64,000 bases of DNA, taken from positions 176,219 through 240,218 of the forward strand of contig JAZKFU010000008.1 of the NCBI GenBank assembly GCA_040386275.1, written 5' to 3'. Origin of the DNA: Patescibacteria group bacterium. GTDB lineage: Bacteria; Patescibacteriota; Minisyncoccia; Phycocordibacterales; UBA918. A program made the translations under genes and the position numbers. Below the pieces are notes generated by a model that saw nothing but the letters and a program-made list of their open reading frames with translations, did not search any database and was not told where the DNA came from. Below are positions 10,289-19,659 of the stretch, in pieces (position 1 is the stretch's first letter; the number at the start of each line of letters is the position of its first letter).

Positions 10289-10301
10289 ACTATAGACATA
10301 A

Positions 10302-10336
10302 AAAAAACACCTGGCTCACGGAACCAGGTGTTTTTT
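10302..10336. terminator. bidirectional intrinsic terminator
   Basis: A-run CACCTGG...CCAGGTG T-run between convergent genes. Confidence 0.8.
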
Positions 10337-10348
10337 AGTAAGACGTAC

Positions 10349-11242
10349 TTATTTAGTTACGCGATCAAAACAGTATTCACCGGCTTTGTATGACCAATTA
10401 TCTGGGTTTTTAATAGGCATTGATGCATCACGGGTCATTCCAAATTCTCCTTCTGGATTAATGCTATCCGCTGAAAAGGTGGCGCATAGCCGAAAGCCTT
10501 TGTCAGTTGATTCATATTTGTAGGCTGGGCGTCCTTCTGGTGCTTGCGGGATATCAAATTCTCCATAGATATCCTCAAGTGTTGTTGGGGTAGTGCTGCT
10601 GGTAATCAGTTGGTCTTGTAATCGCCACTGGATGTTTTGTAAATCATTGACTTGTTTTTCATCAAGCTTTAATTCTCGCACTGAATTAGGGGTGTCGATA
10701 TGGGCAAAGCCAATTGCAAGAACTACAAAAGCGGCAATCATTGCTCCATACCCATACATCACTGACTTACTCTCATTTTTAAGCCAAAATCCGCGAGCAT
10801 CCAAAATGTAATAGTGAAAAGCTGCTCCTACTACCACAAGTACCCCGAGCGCTTTAAAAATAAATCGTTGCGTCATATCACCTTCGAGGAAGGCCATAAT
10901 CACTGCCACCAAGTCACCCAGTAATATTCCCCCCCCTACTAAAAGGGATAAGTAGACGAGCCATTTTGTTAAAGCGAGATACGAACTATTTTTTTCTTTA
11001 CGACGTAGTTGGTTTACTAAACGTGTGAGAATAATATAAGTTGGTAAAAATACTATCACCATTGCAATGCCTAGCCGCACCGCGTCAGTAGCTGACTCGA
11101 TAGCCCAGTACCCTTCCGTAGCATCGGGGAAGCGTAAGTTAATAACGCCAAATAATAAACTGAGTAAAAATCCTAACGATAGGTATAAACTAATAAGTGA
11201 GCCTAACTGCAACACAAAATGTTTTGGTGTTTGATTTTCCAT
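10349..11242 (-). CDS. DUF5671-like membrane protein
   Basis: 5 TM helices; C-terminal DLQNIQ...YKYE...FRLCATF pattern. Confidence 0.7.
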   Translation of the reverse strand: MENQTPKHFVLQLGSLISLYLSLGFLLSLLFGVINLRFPDATEGYWAIESATDAVRLGIAMVIVFLPTYIILTRLVNQLRRKEKNSSYLALTKWLVYLSLLVGGGILLGDLVAVIMAFLEGDMTQRFIFKALGVLVVVGAAFHYYILDARGFWLKNESKSVMYGYGAMIAAFVVLAIGFAHIDTPNSVRELKLDEKQVNDLQNIQWRLQDQLITSSTTPTTLEDIYGEFDIPQAPEGRPAYKYESTDKGFRLCATFSADSINPEGEFGMTRDASMPIKNPDNWSYKAGEYCFDRVTK

Positions 11243-11305
11243 AGCTATAAGTATACTCCTATTTTATAAAAATATGCCCCCTACCAAGGAGTGGTAGAGG
11301 GCATA

Positions 11306-12190
11306 TCAGTTGAAGGTAAAACGACCAATCACTGAAGCGTGATCAGAGGGTGCCTGTAGATCAGGCTTGAGGTACACGGCATTTTCGGCCAAACGAGGGC
11401 AGGCCATAACAAAATCAGCCTCAGGTTCTTGTTCCCACTTTGAGTAATGGTTGGTTCGCGTACGCACAACATCAAACTGATGATTGAGGACGATTCCTCC
11501 TTCACTGCCGAACAATGACTTGGCGCGCAAATCTTCAAGCGCACGCAAATCCGAACGGTAGTTGAGGTCTCCCAACACAATTAAGCGGGTATCTTTGGCG
11601 GTTGCTGAGAGCACCCGCCCTACATGCCAGTCGATACCTTGGTTCTGCGTAAACCGCTCTGGCATGTCGATTTTACCGTGTCGTGACCAAAATCCATGAA
11701 GGTTGGTAACAACAATTTTTTCGCCGGAGGGTATTTGCAACGAAACTGATAACGCTGCTTTTCCGGCGGGAGTCCCGCCTTCATGCTCGGTGTTGAACTG
11801 ATTACGGCGACCATACACAAAGTCGCTTCTAAAAAAATCAACTACACAGCGAGTATGCACAAACAACGCTTGTCCGTACAAACTCTCATAGGCACACCCT
11901 TCCAGATCGTGTACCCCTTGCAAGTGGGCAGCGAAATATGAAGTGTATGTCGGCCCAAGCAAGCTTTTTAACTCATCATACAGATGAAGTCGAATCGGAT
12001 GCGTGCGCTTACCCGGATCATTCGGCATGAACAATGTCGGTGCCTCAGGCTTTTGGGCGTTGTGCACCTCTTGAAACGCAATCACATCCGGTGACTTTTC
12101 CGCCACCAGTGTTTTTACGTATTCATGAAAGTGCGGTCGGCCACCACTTTCAGTGTTGAAGGTGATGGCGACGAACGTTTTATCGGACAC
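11306..12190 (-). CDS. endonuclease/exonuclease/phosphatase (EEP) family protein
   Basis: ITFN, DVIAFQEV, LGDLN, SDH motifs; AAGGAG SD before GTG; terminator 11272-11305. Confidence 0.85.
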   Translation of the reverse strand: MSDKTFVAITFNTESGGRPHFHEYVKTLVAEKSPDVIAFQEVHNAQKPEAPTLFMPNDPGKRTHPIRLHLYDELKSLLGPTYTSYFAAHLQGVHDLEGCAYESLYGQALFVHTRCVVDFFRSDFVYGRRNQFNTEHEGGTPAGKAALSVSLQIPSGEKIVVTNLHGFWSRHGKIDMPERFTQNQGIDWHVGRVLSATAKDTRLIVLGDLNYRSDLRALEDLRAKSLFGSEGGIVLNHQFDVVRTRTNHYSKWEQEPEADFVMACPRLAENAVYLKPDLQAPSDHASVIGRFTFN

Positions 12191-12309
12191 AGGGTACTCC
12201 TTTCACATGAGAAGATCAAAACTAGCTGTAGTATAAACTACAAACTACATCACTCGCAATTGTAGACAAGGTTTGTTTATAGTTACACAATGCGGTACCA
12301 TAGAAGTAT

Positions 12310-12579
12310 ATGAAATCAGAAGATCTTAAACGAGCTCCCAAATTATTCTGCGAAAGTATCAACATCGGTTACACACCCGAGTTCTTTATAATGGCTTTAA
12401 GTTCAGGCAGTCAAAATCAAATTTATTCTCTAACCCCACAACACGCCAAGCGTCTCCAGCAGTATATTACGCACCAGCTTAATGAGTACGAAAATGAACA
12501 TGGTTCAGTGAAAGCTGATTGGAGTCCGACGATTGTGAGTCCGGTGCAGAGAGCTAATCCCCCAATGGAAGGTAGTTAG
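12310..12579 (+). CDS. small conserved hypothetical protein (DUF3467-like)
   Basis: 89-aa ORF with YTPEFF and LTPQHAKRL motifs. Confidence 0.6.
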   Translation: MKSEDLKRAPKLFCESINIGYTPEFFIMALSSGSQNQIYSLTPQHAKRLQQYITHQLNEYENEHGSVKADWSPTIVSPVQRANPPMEGS

Positions 12580-12703
12580 CCGAACTTTCAGAATTGGCGA
12601 ACTACTGCGTTAGCCTGCGTAAAATAATCCTCACCGTACAAAAAGTACGGCTCGTCATATTTTACTAGTCTGCCTTGTATTTCATCCAATTCTGAAAGTT
12701 CTA
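12577..12703 (-). repeat. ERIC-like element, copy B (127 bp, TA at both ends)
   Basis: Perfect 16-bp terminal IR 12582-12597/12686-12701; minus-strand core GAG-CCGTAC-TTTTT-GTACGG-TGA. Confidence 0.88.
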
Positions 12704-12759
12704 AACCATACTTTGATTACTCATACAACTAATTTTTGAGGCAATTTTTTCTTATATTT

Positions 12760-12813
12760 GGAAAATCGCTGGACCGCTGCGAAAGATGTTCTTGCGCTTC
12801 TAGCACTGCACTC
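12760..12813 (-). repeat. internally deleted ERIC-like fragment
   Basis: 12789-12813 is the reverse complement of 17528-17552 (24/25); 12760-12774 is the reverse complement of 4144-4158 (15/15). Confidence 0.75.
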
Positions 12814-12837
12814 AATTTAAAATTCCTTACCCTATAT

Positions 12838-12897
12838 AAAGTACGGCTCGTCATATTTTACTTGTCTGCCTTGTATTTCATTCAATTCTGAAAGTCC
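12838..12897 (-). repeat. half copy of ERIC-like element B
   Basis: 57/60 identical to 12642-12701. Confidence 0.85.
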
Positions 12898-12999
12898 AAA
12901 TCTATTACTTGGGTACTTCAAATTGTTTACTACTGATTGATTTACATAATGTAGATATGTGATATAAAAATTGGTAGAAACATCCTTGTGGGGAGGTAC

Positions 13000-13470
13000 A
13001 TGATGTCGACTGCTCTTTGGACTATTGGTTTTATCGTGTTTGTTTTACTGGTTCGATTGATGATGAGACGAGTCGCACTGTCTCGGCTCTACTCCTCGAA
13101 TCTGTTCAAGTTTTTGCAATCAGATGAATGGAAATCAATTCAAGACTGCTATGATGCCGGCTTTCGAAAGAAAAGTACAGCAAGGATACTGGAGTTTTTC
13201 TACCAGCAGAAGCGTCTTGAAGTGCGGTTACCAGATCATAGGTTCAACTGCGAAGCTTGTGGCGTACATATTGCTGACCGAGTCATACGTGACCCAAATT
13301 TCAATTATGATGATCTCCCCAAAAATCTGACATTGGAGGAACTCAAAAAATCATTTTTGAAACCTTTGAAGACAATATGTTCGATACCTACAATATGGGG
13401 TACTTTGAGTTTCGAACAGTTAACAGAGGAGGTCAGCCTCGCCGACAACAGCAAGAACGTTTTAAATTGA
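13000..13470 (+). CDS. hypothetical protein with N-terminal TM and a CxxC motif (SD-led)
   Basis: GGGAGG SD; CEACG; terminator 13505-13530. Confidence 0.6.
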   Translation: MMSTALWTIGFIVFVLLVRLMMRRVALSRLYSSNLFKFLQSDEWKSIQDCYDAGFRKKSTARILEFFYQQKRLEVRLPDHRFNCEACGVHIADRVIRDPNFNYDDLPKNLTLEELKKSFLKPLKTICSIPTIWGTLSFEQLTEEVSLADNSKNVLN

Positions 13471-13697
13471 AGCAAGTTCTGGTCAATGCATGACCCCAAA
13501 ACAAAAGTGCGACCCCACCAGGGTCGCACTTAAATTTTATATACATTTCTCACCAAGATTACTTTAAAAAAGCTAGCTTCAACTCGGACAGCTAATATAC
13601 TCTAAAGGATTTCTTAAAATTGATTAGATTCAAGTGAGAAAGCGTATAGCTTTCGCAAGACCATTTGAGATTATTTTATTTTTATTAAAAATAAAAT

Positions 13698-13821
13698 AAT
13701 TCATATGGTGTACAGCTCATGTAAGGAGGCGTGAGTAAAAAAATTAGGAGACGTACTTATTGTACGTTGACGATTATTTTGCGAGCTGCAACGCAGAAGC
13801 TAACGATTTTTAGGAATTCTA
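13698..13821 (+). repeat. ERIC-like element, copy D
   Basis: Core GAG-ACGTAC-TTATT-GTACGT-TGA (compensatory pair change); CAACGCAG motif. Confidence 0.75.
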
Positions 13822-14916
13822 GATTAGGAATTCGATTACGTCTCCATCTTTCACAATATACTCCTTCCCTTCCGTCCGCATCTTTCCCTGTTCTTTGGCT
13901 ACTGCTTTACTACCCGCGGCTACTAAATCTTCAAAGGTGATGACTTGGGCGCGGATGTATTTTTTCTCAAAATCAGTGTGAATGGCGGCGGCTGCGCGGG
14001 GGCCGGTGCTACCAATGGGAACGGTCCAGGCACGAGTTTCTTTTTCACCGGTGGTGAAGTAACTCATAAGCCCTAAACGGTCGTAACAAGCGCGAATTAA
14101 GCTTCCTACACCACTATCTTGAGCGCCGTACTCTCTCCGGAAGTCATTTTTTTCATCTTCACTTAAGTCACGAAGCTCATGCTCCATCCCGGCATCAACC
14201 ACGACGTATTCACTGCCCGATTCTTCAAAAAATTCAACCAGGTCTTGCCACCGACTATCGTTTTGTTCATCCAGGTTAAAGGCGTCAGTTTTTTTGTTGC
14301 AGATGTATAAAAACGGCTTCATCGTTAACAGGTGCAGGGCTTTAACGGCTTTGATTTCTTCCACCGTCATGGATAGTGTATTCGCCAGCTGACCTTCACG
14401 TAAATGTGGTAACAACCGCACGAGCACATCACGTTCAAGGATGGCATCTTTGTCTCCCTTTTTCGCATCACGTTCAACATTCCCCAAACGCTTTTCTACG
14501 GTTTCGGTATCTGCAAATACCAATTCTAAGTTAATCACTTCAATATCACCCAACGGATCAACTCCTCCAGATACGTGGTGAATATCACTATCTTCAAAAA
14601 TACGTACTACTTGCGCAATCATGTCCGTCTCACGGATGTTAGCGAGGAATTTATTTCCCAGTCCTTCACCGGTTGAAGCTCCTTTCACCAACCCTGCAAT
14701 ATCAACAAACTCCACCACAGCTGGGATGATTTTGTCTGTTCCGGAAATTTTTGCCAAGGTGGCTAAACGACTATCTGGTACGGCAACCACACCCACGGTT
14801 GGGTCAATGGTCGCAAACGGGTAGTTTGCAATTAAAACCTCATTTTTAGTGAGGGCGGTAAAGAGCGTTGATTTACCAACGTTTGGGAGTCCAACAATTC
14901 CAACTGAAAGTGACAT
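13819..14916 (-). CDS. ychF: ribosome-binding ATPase YchF
   Basis: GIVGLPNVGKST, ANYPFATIDP, DIAGLVKGAS, EGKEYIVKDGD. Confidence 0.97.
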   Translation of the reverse strand: MSLSVGIVGLPNVGKSTLFTALTKNEVLIANYPFATIDPTVGVVAVPDSRLATLAKISGTDKIIPAVVEFVDIAGLVKGASTGEGLGNKFLANIRETDMIAQVVRIFEDSDIHHVSGGVDPLGDIEVINLELVFADTETVEKRLGNVERDAKKGDKDAILERDVLVRLLPHLREGQLANTLSMTVEEIKAVKALHLLTMKPFLYICNKKTDAFNLDEQNDSRWQDLVEFFEESGSEYVVVDAGMEHELRDLSEDEKNDFRREYGAQDSGVGSLIRACYDRLGLMSYFTTGEKETRAWTVPIGSTGPRAAAAIHTDFEKKYIRAQVITFEDLVAAGSKAVAKEQGKMRTEGKEYIVKDGDVIEFLI

Positions 14917-14931
14917 AGTATAAAAATGATT

Positions 14932-15030
14932 TAAGAAAGCGTGGCGGGAATAAACCAACCACGCTTCTGACACATGACCTGTCGAGTCTTGGGGAAGATG
15001 AGCGACAGATCAAACGTCAGGCCTGATTTA
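14932..15030 (-). ncRNA. candidate structured RNA or leader upstream of ychF
   Basis: Long hairpin 14967-15020 and terminator-like hairpin 14937-14966, downstream of TGGTATAAA. Confidence 0.45.
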
Positions 15031-15061
15031 TACCACACTAGTACCGATAATAAAAGCCTCA

Positions 15062-15904
15062 TTAGAACAACGGCGCAACGTATTCACAGAATTCAATTTC
15101 GGAAACATCCTTTTCTAATTTTTCTGCAAAGTACGCTTTGACTGAGTCTCGATTACCAATGGCATCAATTAACTTAGCCTCTACCGCTTTTTCTCCAATG
15201 ACTGTACTACCGTCGGCGAGCTTGTTCACCTCTTCTTCTGAAAGATTTCGGTTCTTCGACACCAATTTCACAAACTCATTTTTTATCGTATCCAACTGTC
15301 CTTGGAAGTAGGTCCGATCTGATTCACTTAACGGTTTATTAGGGTCGCCAGCATCTTTAAATTCGCCCGTTGTTAAGGGGACATAGGTCAGACCTTCTTC
15401 TTCGTTTTTCTTTGATTCTTCTACGTATGACATCGTTACTCCAATACTCCCGACATCAGACATTGCTGAGGCAAAGATTCTATCAGCCGCTGAAGCCACC
15501 ATATATCCACCTGATGCCCCAATATCGCCAATTAACGCTACGTTTGGTAACTCAAGCGCACTAATCTGTTTGGCGATATCTTCGGCTGCTACTGGAGTAC
15601 CGCCCGGTGAATTCACTTCAAAGAGCACACCTTCAATAAACAACTCATCATCAGAGACCAACTTCAAAAAATCTCGCACGTCCTTAGGGGTAACGGCAAA
15701 TTCAGGATAGAGCGCTCCTGTTCCCCACGGCATAATCACGCCTTCAATCGGCATTACTGCAATATTACACTCCCCATCACTTACTGAGCTATAGCCGAAA
15801 CTAAAAAACATAATAATGACACCCAGTAACACCAGCGTCAGGATTACTCCAAACACTTTTAACAACACACTCGCGAGTTCACGTCCAAAAGATATAGTAG
15901 GCAT
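15062..15904 (-). CDS. sppA: signal peptide peptidase SppA (S49)
   Basis: NSPGG, ASGGYMVAS, GSIGV, GEFKD. Confidence 0.92.
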   Translation of the reverse strand: MPTISFGRELASVLLKVFGVILTLVLLGVIIMFFSFGYSSVSDGECNIAVMPIEGVIMPWGTGALYPEFAVTPKDVRDFLKLVSDDELFIEGVLFEVNSPGGTPVAAEDIAKQISALELPNVALIGDIGASGGYMVASAADRIFASAMSDVGSIGVTMSYVEESKKNEEEGLTYVPLTTGEFKDAGDPNKPLSESDRTYFQGQLDTIKNEFVKLVSKNRNLSEEEVNKLADGSTVIGEKAVEAKLIDAIGNRDSVKAYFAEKLEKDVSEIEFCEYVAPLF

Positions 15905-15927
15905 TAGAAACGATTATACTATAGATA

Positions 15928-16323
15928 CTACCAGTTAAGATAGGTTATCGTACACTGCAACGTCGTCGCTATACTCACCCACACCAAATACGGAATATTT
16001 ATATAGGTTACCCAGGGAGCGTAGGGATAAATGACATACATCAGCCACACTAATGTTCCTAAAACCAAGAATATATCTATCGCTGCCAAAAGATTATTTT
16101 GCAATCCAAACTGAATGGGTGTAAAAATAGCGTTAAAAAATAAATTGAGCACAAACGGTGCAGCTACCCATAACGGAATTTCTCCCTGATAGATTTTGTA
16201 AAACACATACCCAAAGGAAATGGCGATAAGCGTATACAGTACCGACCAAATTGGACCAAACACCCATGATGGCGGCGCCCACTCTGGTTTAATTAAAGTC
16301 GCGTACCATTGTTGTGTATTCAT
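15928..16323 (-). CDS. tspO: TspO/MBR family protein
   Basis: WY.TLIKPEWAPPSWVFGPIWSVLY; PYLVWVSIAT. Confidence 0.92.
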   Translation of the reverse strand: MNTQQWYATLIKPEWAPPSWVFGPIWSVLYTLIAISFGYVFYKIYQGEIPLWVAAPFVLNLFFNAIFTPIQFGLQNNLLAAIDIFLVLGTLVWLMYVIYPYAPWVTYINIPYLVWVSIATTLQCTITYLNW

Positions 16324-16401
16324 AGCGCCAGTATATCACGAAGGAAATTTTGAAAATTAAAAACGGGCGCCTCTTGTATGAAGAGGCGCCCGTCAAATTG
16401 T

Positions 16402-16758
16402 TTAGTAGTACACCACCCTGCGTCCGCGACTCTGTTTGTAGGTGAAGTACATGTCCCAGTCGTGTTGAAACTGGTAGATCTTCACCCGACCGTGACGATA
16501 GGAATCGTATTCTCCCCGATCACGGATAGCCGTCATGGGAACGTACGAACAGCCAGCCGGCAAGTTCATTCCTTCCCGATGGTTGTCGAGGTAATCGTAC
16601 AGGCCAGCCATCGTCGTGCACGCGAGAACCGATTCACCTCGCGGAAACATTTTCTGCGCCCGCGATGGCTTGTTCGAGTAGACGGTCGTTGTCTCGATGT
16701 AGACATCGCCCACACAGCCCGACACTGCAAACATCATAAGTAGAAAGAGAACTTTCAT
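16402..16758 (-). CDS. hypothetical lipoprotein (SD-led)
   Basis: MKVLFLLMMFAVSG-C lipobox-like signal; GGAGG SD; terminator 16361-16393. Confidence 0.6.
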   Translation of the reverse strand: MKVLFLLMMFAVSGCVGDVYIETTTVYSNKPSRAQKMFPRGESVLACTTMAGLYDYLDNHREGMNLPAGCSYVPMTAIRDRGEYDSYRHGRVKIYQFQHDWDMYFTYKQSRGRRVVYY

Positions 16759-16837
16759 CACCGTTTCCTCCAATAAATCCAACCAATATAATACATCAAA
16801 TATCAAAAAAGTCAACCAATTGGCTGACTTTTTCTAC

Positions 16838-17416
16838 TTATATTCCCTTTCGTCCCATCACTTCCATTTCTCTTAGCCACTTCTCTCGACAGATACCATC
16901 AACTTTTTCACAGGGCCCGTAGGCAGAAACTGCAGTGCGCAATCCAGCAAACTCGAGGATTCCGTATTGAATTTCATTGGTAAAGTCACCAAAGTTCCAC
17001 CAGGTCTTAAACGGAGAGTGCGAACCAGACAAAATAATCACCCGAGCCGTTCGTCCTTTAAGGTGTTTTTCAATACGCTTGGTTTCTTTATTAAAATTAA
17101 ACGCAAAACCTGGTAACCAAAAACGATCAAACAAGCCTTTAAGAATAGCTGGCATCGTACACCACCAGTTCGGGTAGACAATCATAATGTGATCAGCGTC
17201 GCGAAATTTGTTTTGCAAATCAAGCAAATCTGGTTCCAAGTGTTGAATCTCTTTGTACCCTTTGTGCAAAATGGGGTCAAAATTAAGTTCACCAATATTA
17301 ACCCGCACCACAGTGTGTCCCGCATCTTCAGCTCCGGCTTGATAATGATCTGCTGCATTCCCACTAAACGAATCTTTGTCCGGGTGCCCACACAACACGA
17401 GAATTTTCTTTGACAT
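16838..17416 (-). CDS. NAD(P)H-dependent oxidoreductase (flavodoxin-2 family)
   Basis: GHPDKDSF, YPNWWCTMPAILKGLFDR. Confidence 0.9.
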   Translation of the reverse strand: MSKKILVLCGHPDKDSFSGNAADHYQAGAEDAGHTVVRVNIGELNFDPILHKGYKEIQHLEPDLLDLQNKFRDADHIMIVYPNWWCTMPAILKGLFDRFWLPGFAFNFNKETKRIEKHLKGRTARVIILSGSHSPFKTWWNFGDFTNEIQYGILEFAGLRTAVSAYGPCEKVDGICREKWLREMEVMGRKGI

Positions 17417-17509
17417 AATTAAACCAAGTATAACGCAACAGTGCGCAGACAAAGTCCACGCACTGTTGATTACTCTTATCTTCAAATCAATTTTTTAATT
17501 TTAGTGTTC

Positions 17510-17646
17510 AAGTAGACATTCAGAAACGAGTGCAGTGCTAGGAGCGCAAGAATAATTTTATGTAGACGTACTTCTTGTACGGCGGAATAAAATTTTCGTA
17601 GCAGCGACAACGCAATGTGCCGTTTGTGGATGTCGTCTCTACTTTA
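17510..17646 (+). repeat. ERIC-like element, copy E
   Basis: Outer arms GACATTCAGAAACG/CGTTTGTGGATGTC; core ACGTAC-TTCTT-GTACGG; ACAACGCA. Confidence 0.75.
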
Positions 17647-17958
17647 GCGTCTTATAGATCCATTGGGATTGAATTTGCCCTGACTGCCCATCTGCATCTT
17701 CATCATCTTCTCCTTCATTTCTGGGGTCATGGCGCCCATGATTTCTTGCTGGTACTTCGGTAAGACCTTCATTGCTGCTGTCATTTGATTATTACCGTTA
17801 CTTTTAAGCTCGGCTTGCATTTCTTTGGCGATTTTTTCGAACAAAGCCGGGTCTTTTTCCAACATGGTCATGATCATTTCTTGTTGATCAGCGGGCACAT
17901 TTTTCATTTGTGACTGAATCACCTTCTTTACTGCAAAATTTTTTATTTTTCCAAACAT
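17644..17958 (-). CDS. hypothetical Met/Gln-rich protein
   Basis: 104-aa ORF with TAAAAT just upstream of the start. Confidence 0.65.
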   Translation of the reverse strand: MFGKIKNFAVKKVIQSQMKNVPADQQEMIMTMLEKDPALFEKIAKEMQAELKSNGNNQMTAAMKVLPKYQQEIMGAMTPEMKEKMMKMQMGSQGKFNPNGSIRR

Positions 17959-18067
17959 ATAGTCAGAATTTTACCATACTCTCCTTATTATTTCAGAAAA
18001 TCTAAAGTATAGACAAATCAGTAAAAAAGTGTTATTATTCCGCCATTATTCAATAGTAGTTATATGT

Positions 18068-19657
18068 ATGGCATTTTTGAGCAACTTATTTGACCGAGCG
18101 ATTACCTTTATTAGTTTTATAATTTTTGGTGTGTTATTTAAGACACTTCTACGAACTGCTATCACATTATTGGTGGTAGCGTTTGCGGTGTACTTCCTTT
18201 TCTTTGCTGGTGAGGCAGTAACTGATGAACAAACAGCGGAAACGAAACTTCTGACCGTAGTGGTTGAGAGTGCGGCCAATACCAGTGGCGACAGTACCTT
18301 TACGGCTGTTGGAACACTGCAAGCTGTATCTGAAGCTAAACTCCAAACGGAGTCAGGTGGACGAATTATCGGTGTTTACACTGAACTTGGTGCCAATGTG
18401 CGAGCGGGCTCTATTATTGCACGTCTGGAAGGGTCATCTGAAAGCGCACAGCTCTTGCAAGCGCAAGGAGCGTATGAAGCAGCGATTGCTGGTTCTGCTC
18501 AAGGTGATGTAGGAAAAAATGAAGCTGAAAATGCCAAACGTGCTGCCCAAAACGCTGCAGTAACTACGTACAAAAATGCCTACACGTCTGTCTCGGGCGT
18601 AGTATTTACCTCACTTGATAAATTCTTTGCCAATCCAAACTCACAAGTTCCTGGAGTACGTATTAGTAAGGCCAATACATCGTTCCAAAATATGGAACGA
18701 GTGAACCTGCAAACTACCCTTCCCGCCTGGCAATCAAAAGCCAACTCGCTTACCACTACTAGTAACCTTAACGGCGCTTTAACTGAAGCTGAAATAACTA
18801 CAAAGAAAGTATTGGCTATGGTTGATGATTTTATCATCGGCTTTAACAATGAAGACGCAAACATCCAATACACTGCCGCTGATTATATTCGCTTTACTAG
18901 TGAATTTAATGCACTGCGTGGTCAACTCGTAGGGATTCTGTCGAGTATAGATGCTGCTCGTACTGGCCTCGCTAATGCCGACGAAGCTATCAAGCGAGCA
19001 TCAATTGCAGGTTCAGGCAGTCAGGTATCAAGTGCCGACGCTCAAATCAAAATCGCCCTTGGTTCACTTCGGGCCGCTCAAGCTAACTACGAAAAAACTT
19101 TGGTTCGCTCACCAATTAACGGTGTGGTAAACGCGCTCTACCTAAAAACAGGTGAATACGCTGCGCCTTCTGCGCCAGCGGCTATTATTGCAAACAACAA
19201 CCAAGGTCTTGAAGTTTCAACCTCAGTTAGTCAAGAAGAAAGTGCGCTCATTAAAATTGGCGATCAAGTACGCATTGATAAAGTAGCGAACGGTACAATC
19301 GCAGCCATTGGTGGCTCGATTGATCCAACGACGGGTAAAGTAGCGGTTAAAATTAGCGTCGACGAAAACAACACTCTACAAAACGGTTCAACCGTTTCAG
19401 TAGTATTCACGACAGCGACGAGTTCAGATACATCTGAAGTGAGTATCCCCCTTTCTGCAGTTAAAATGACCGGTAGTGGGCCGATTGTGTTTACTGTTGA
19501 TGCAGACACCAATACCCTCATTTCAAACCCAGTCGTGCTCGGGAACATCCGTGGTGATGTGGTGGTAGTCACTGAAGGAATCAACCGCGATACTCCAATC
19601 GTTACTGATGGACGTGGACTTAAAGAAGGAGCAGAAGTAACAATCGAAACTAAATAA
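18068..19657 (+). CDS. RND efflux membrane-fusion protein
   Basis: N-terminal TM, lipoyl halves (VRAGSIIARL, VRSPINGVV), IPLSAV; directly upstream of the RND gene. Confidence 0.88.
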   Translation: MAFLSNLFDRAITFISFIIFGVLFKTLLRTAITLLVVAFAVYFLFFAGEAVTDEQTAETKLLTVVVESAANTSGDSTFTAVGTLQAVSEAKLQTESGGRIIGVYTELGANVRAGSIIARLEGSSESAQLLQAQGAYEAAIAGSAQGDVGKNEAENAKRAAQNAAVTTYKNAYTSVSGVVFTSLDKFFANPNSQVPGVRISKANTSFQNMERVNLQTTLPAWQSKANSLTTTSNLNGALTEAEITTKKVLAMVDDFIIGFNNEDANIQYTAADYIRFTSEFNALRGQLVGILSSIDAARTGLANADEAIKRASIAGSGSQVSSADAQIKIALGSLRAAQANYEKTLVRSPINGVVNALYLKTGEYAAPSAPAAIIANNNQGLEVSTSVSQEESALIKIGDQVRIDKVANGTIAAIGGSIDPTTGKVAVKISVDENNTLQNGSTVSVVFTTATSSDTSEVSIPLSAVKMTGSGPIVFTVDADTNTLISNPVVLGNIRGDVVVVTEGINRDTPIVTDGRGLKEGAEVTIETK

Positions 19658-19659
19658 AT

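Noticed and set aside
13670-13700. Perfect 15-bp A/T-only palindrome
   Set aside because: Low complexity and single copy; no function can be assigned
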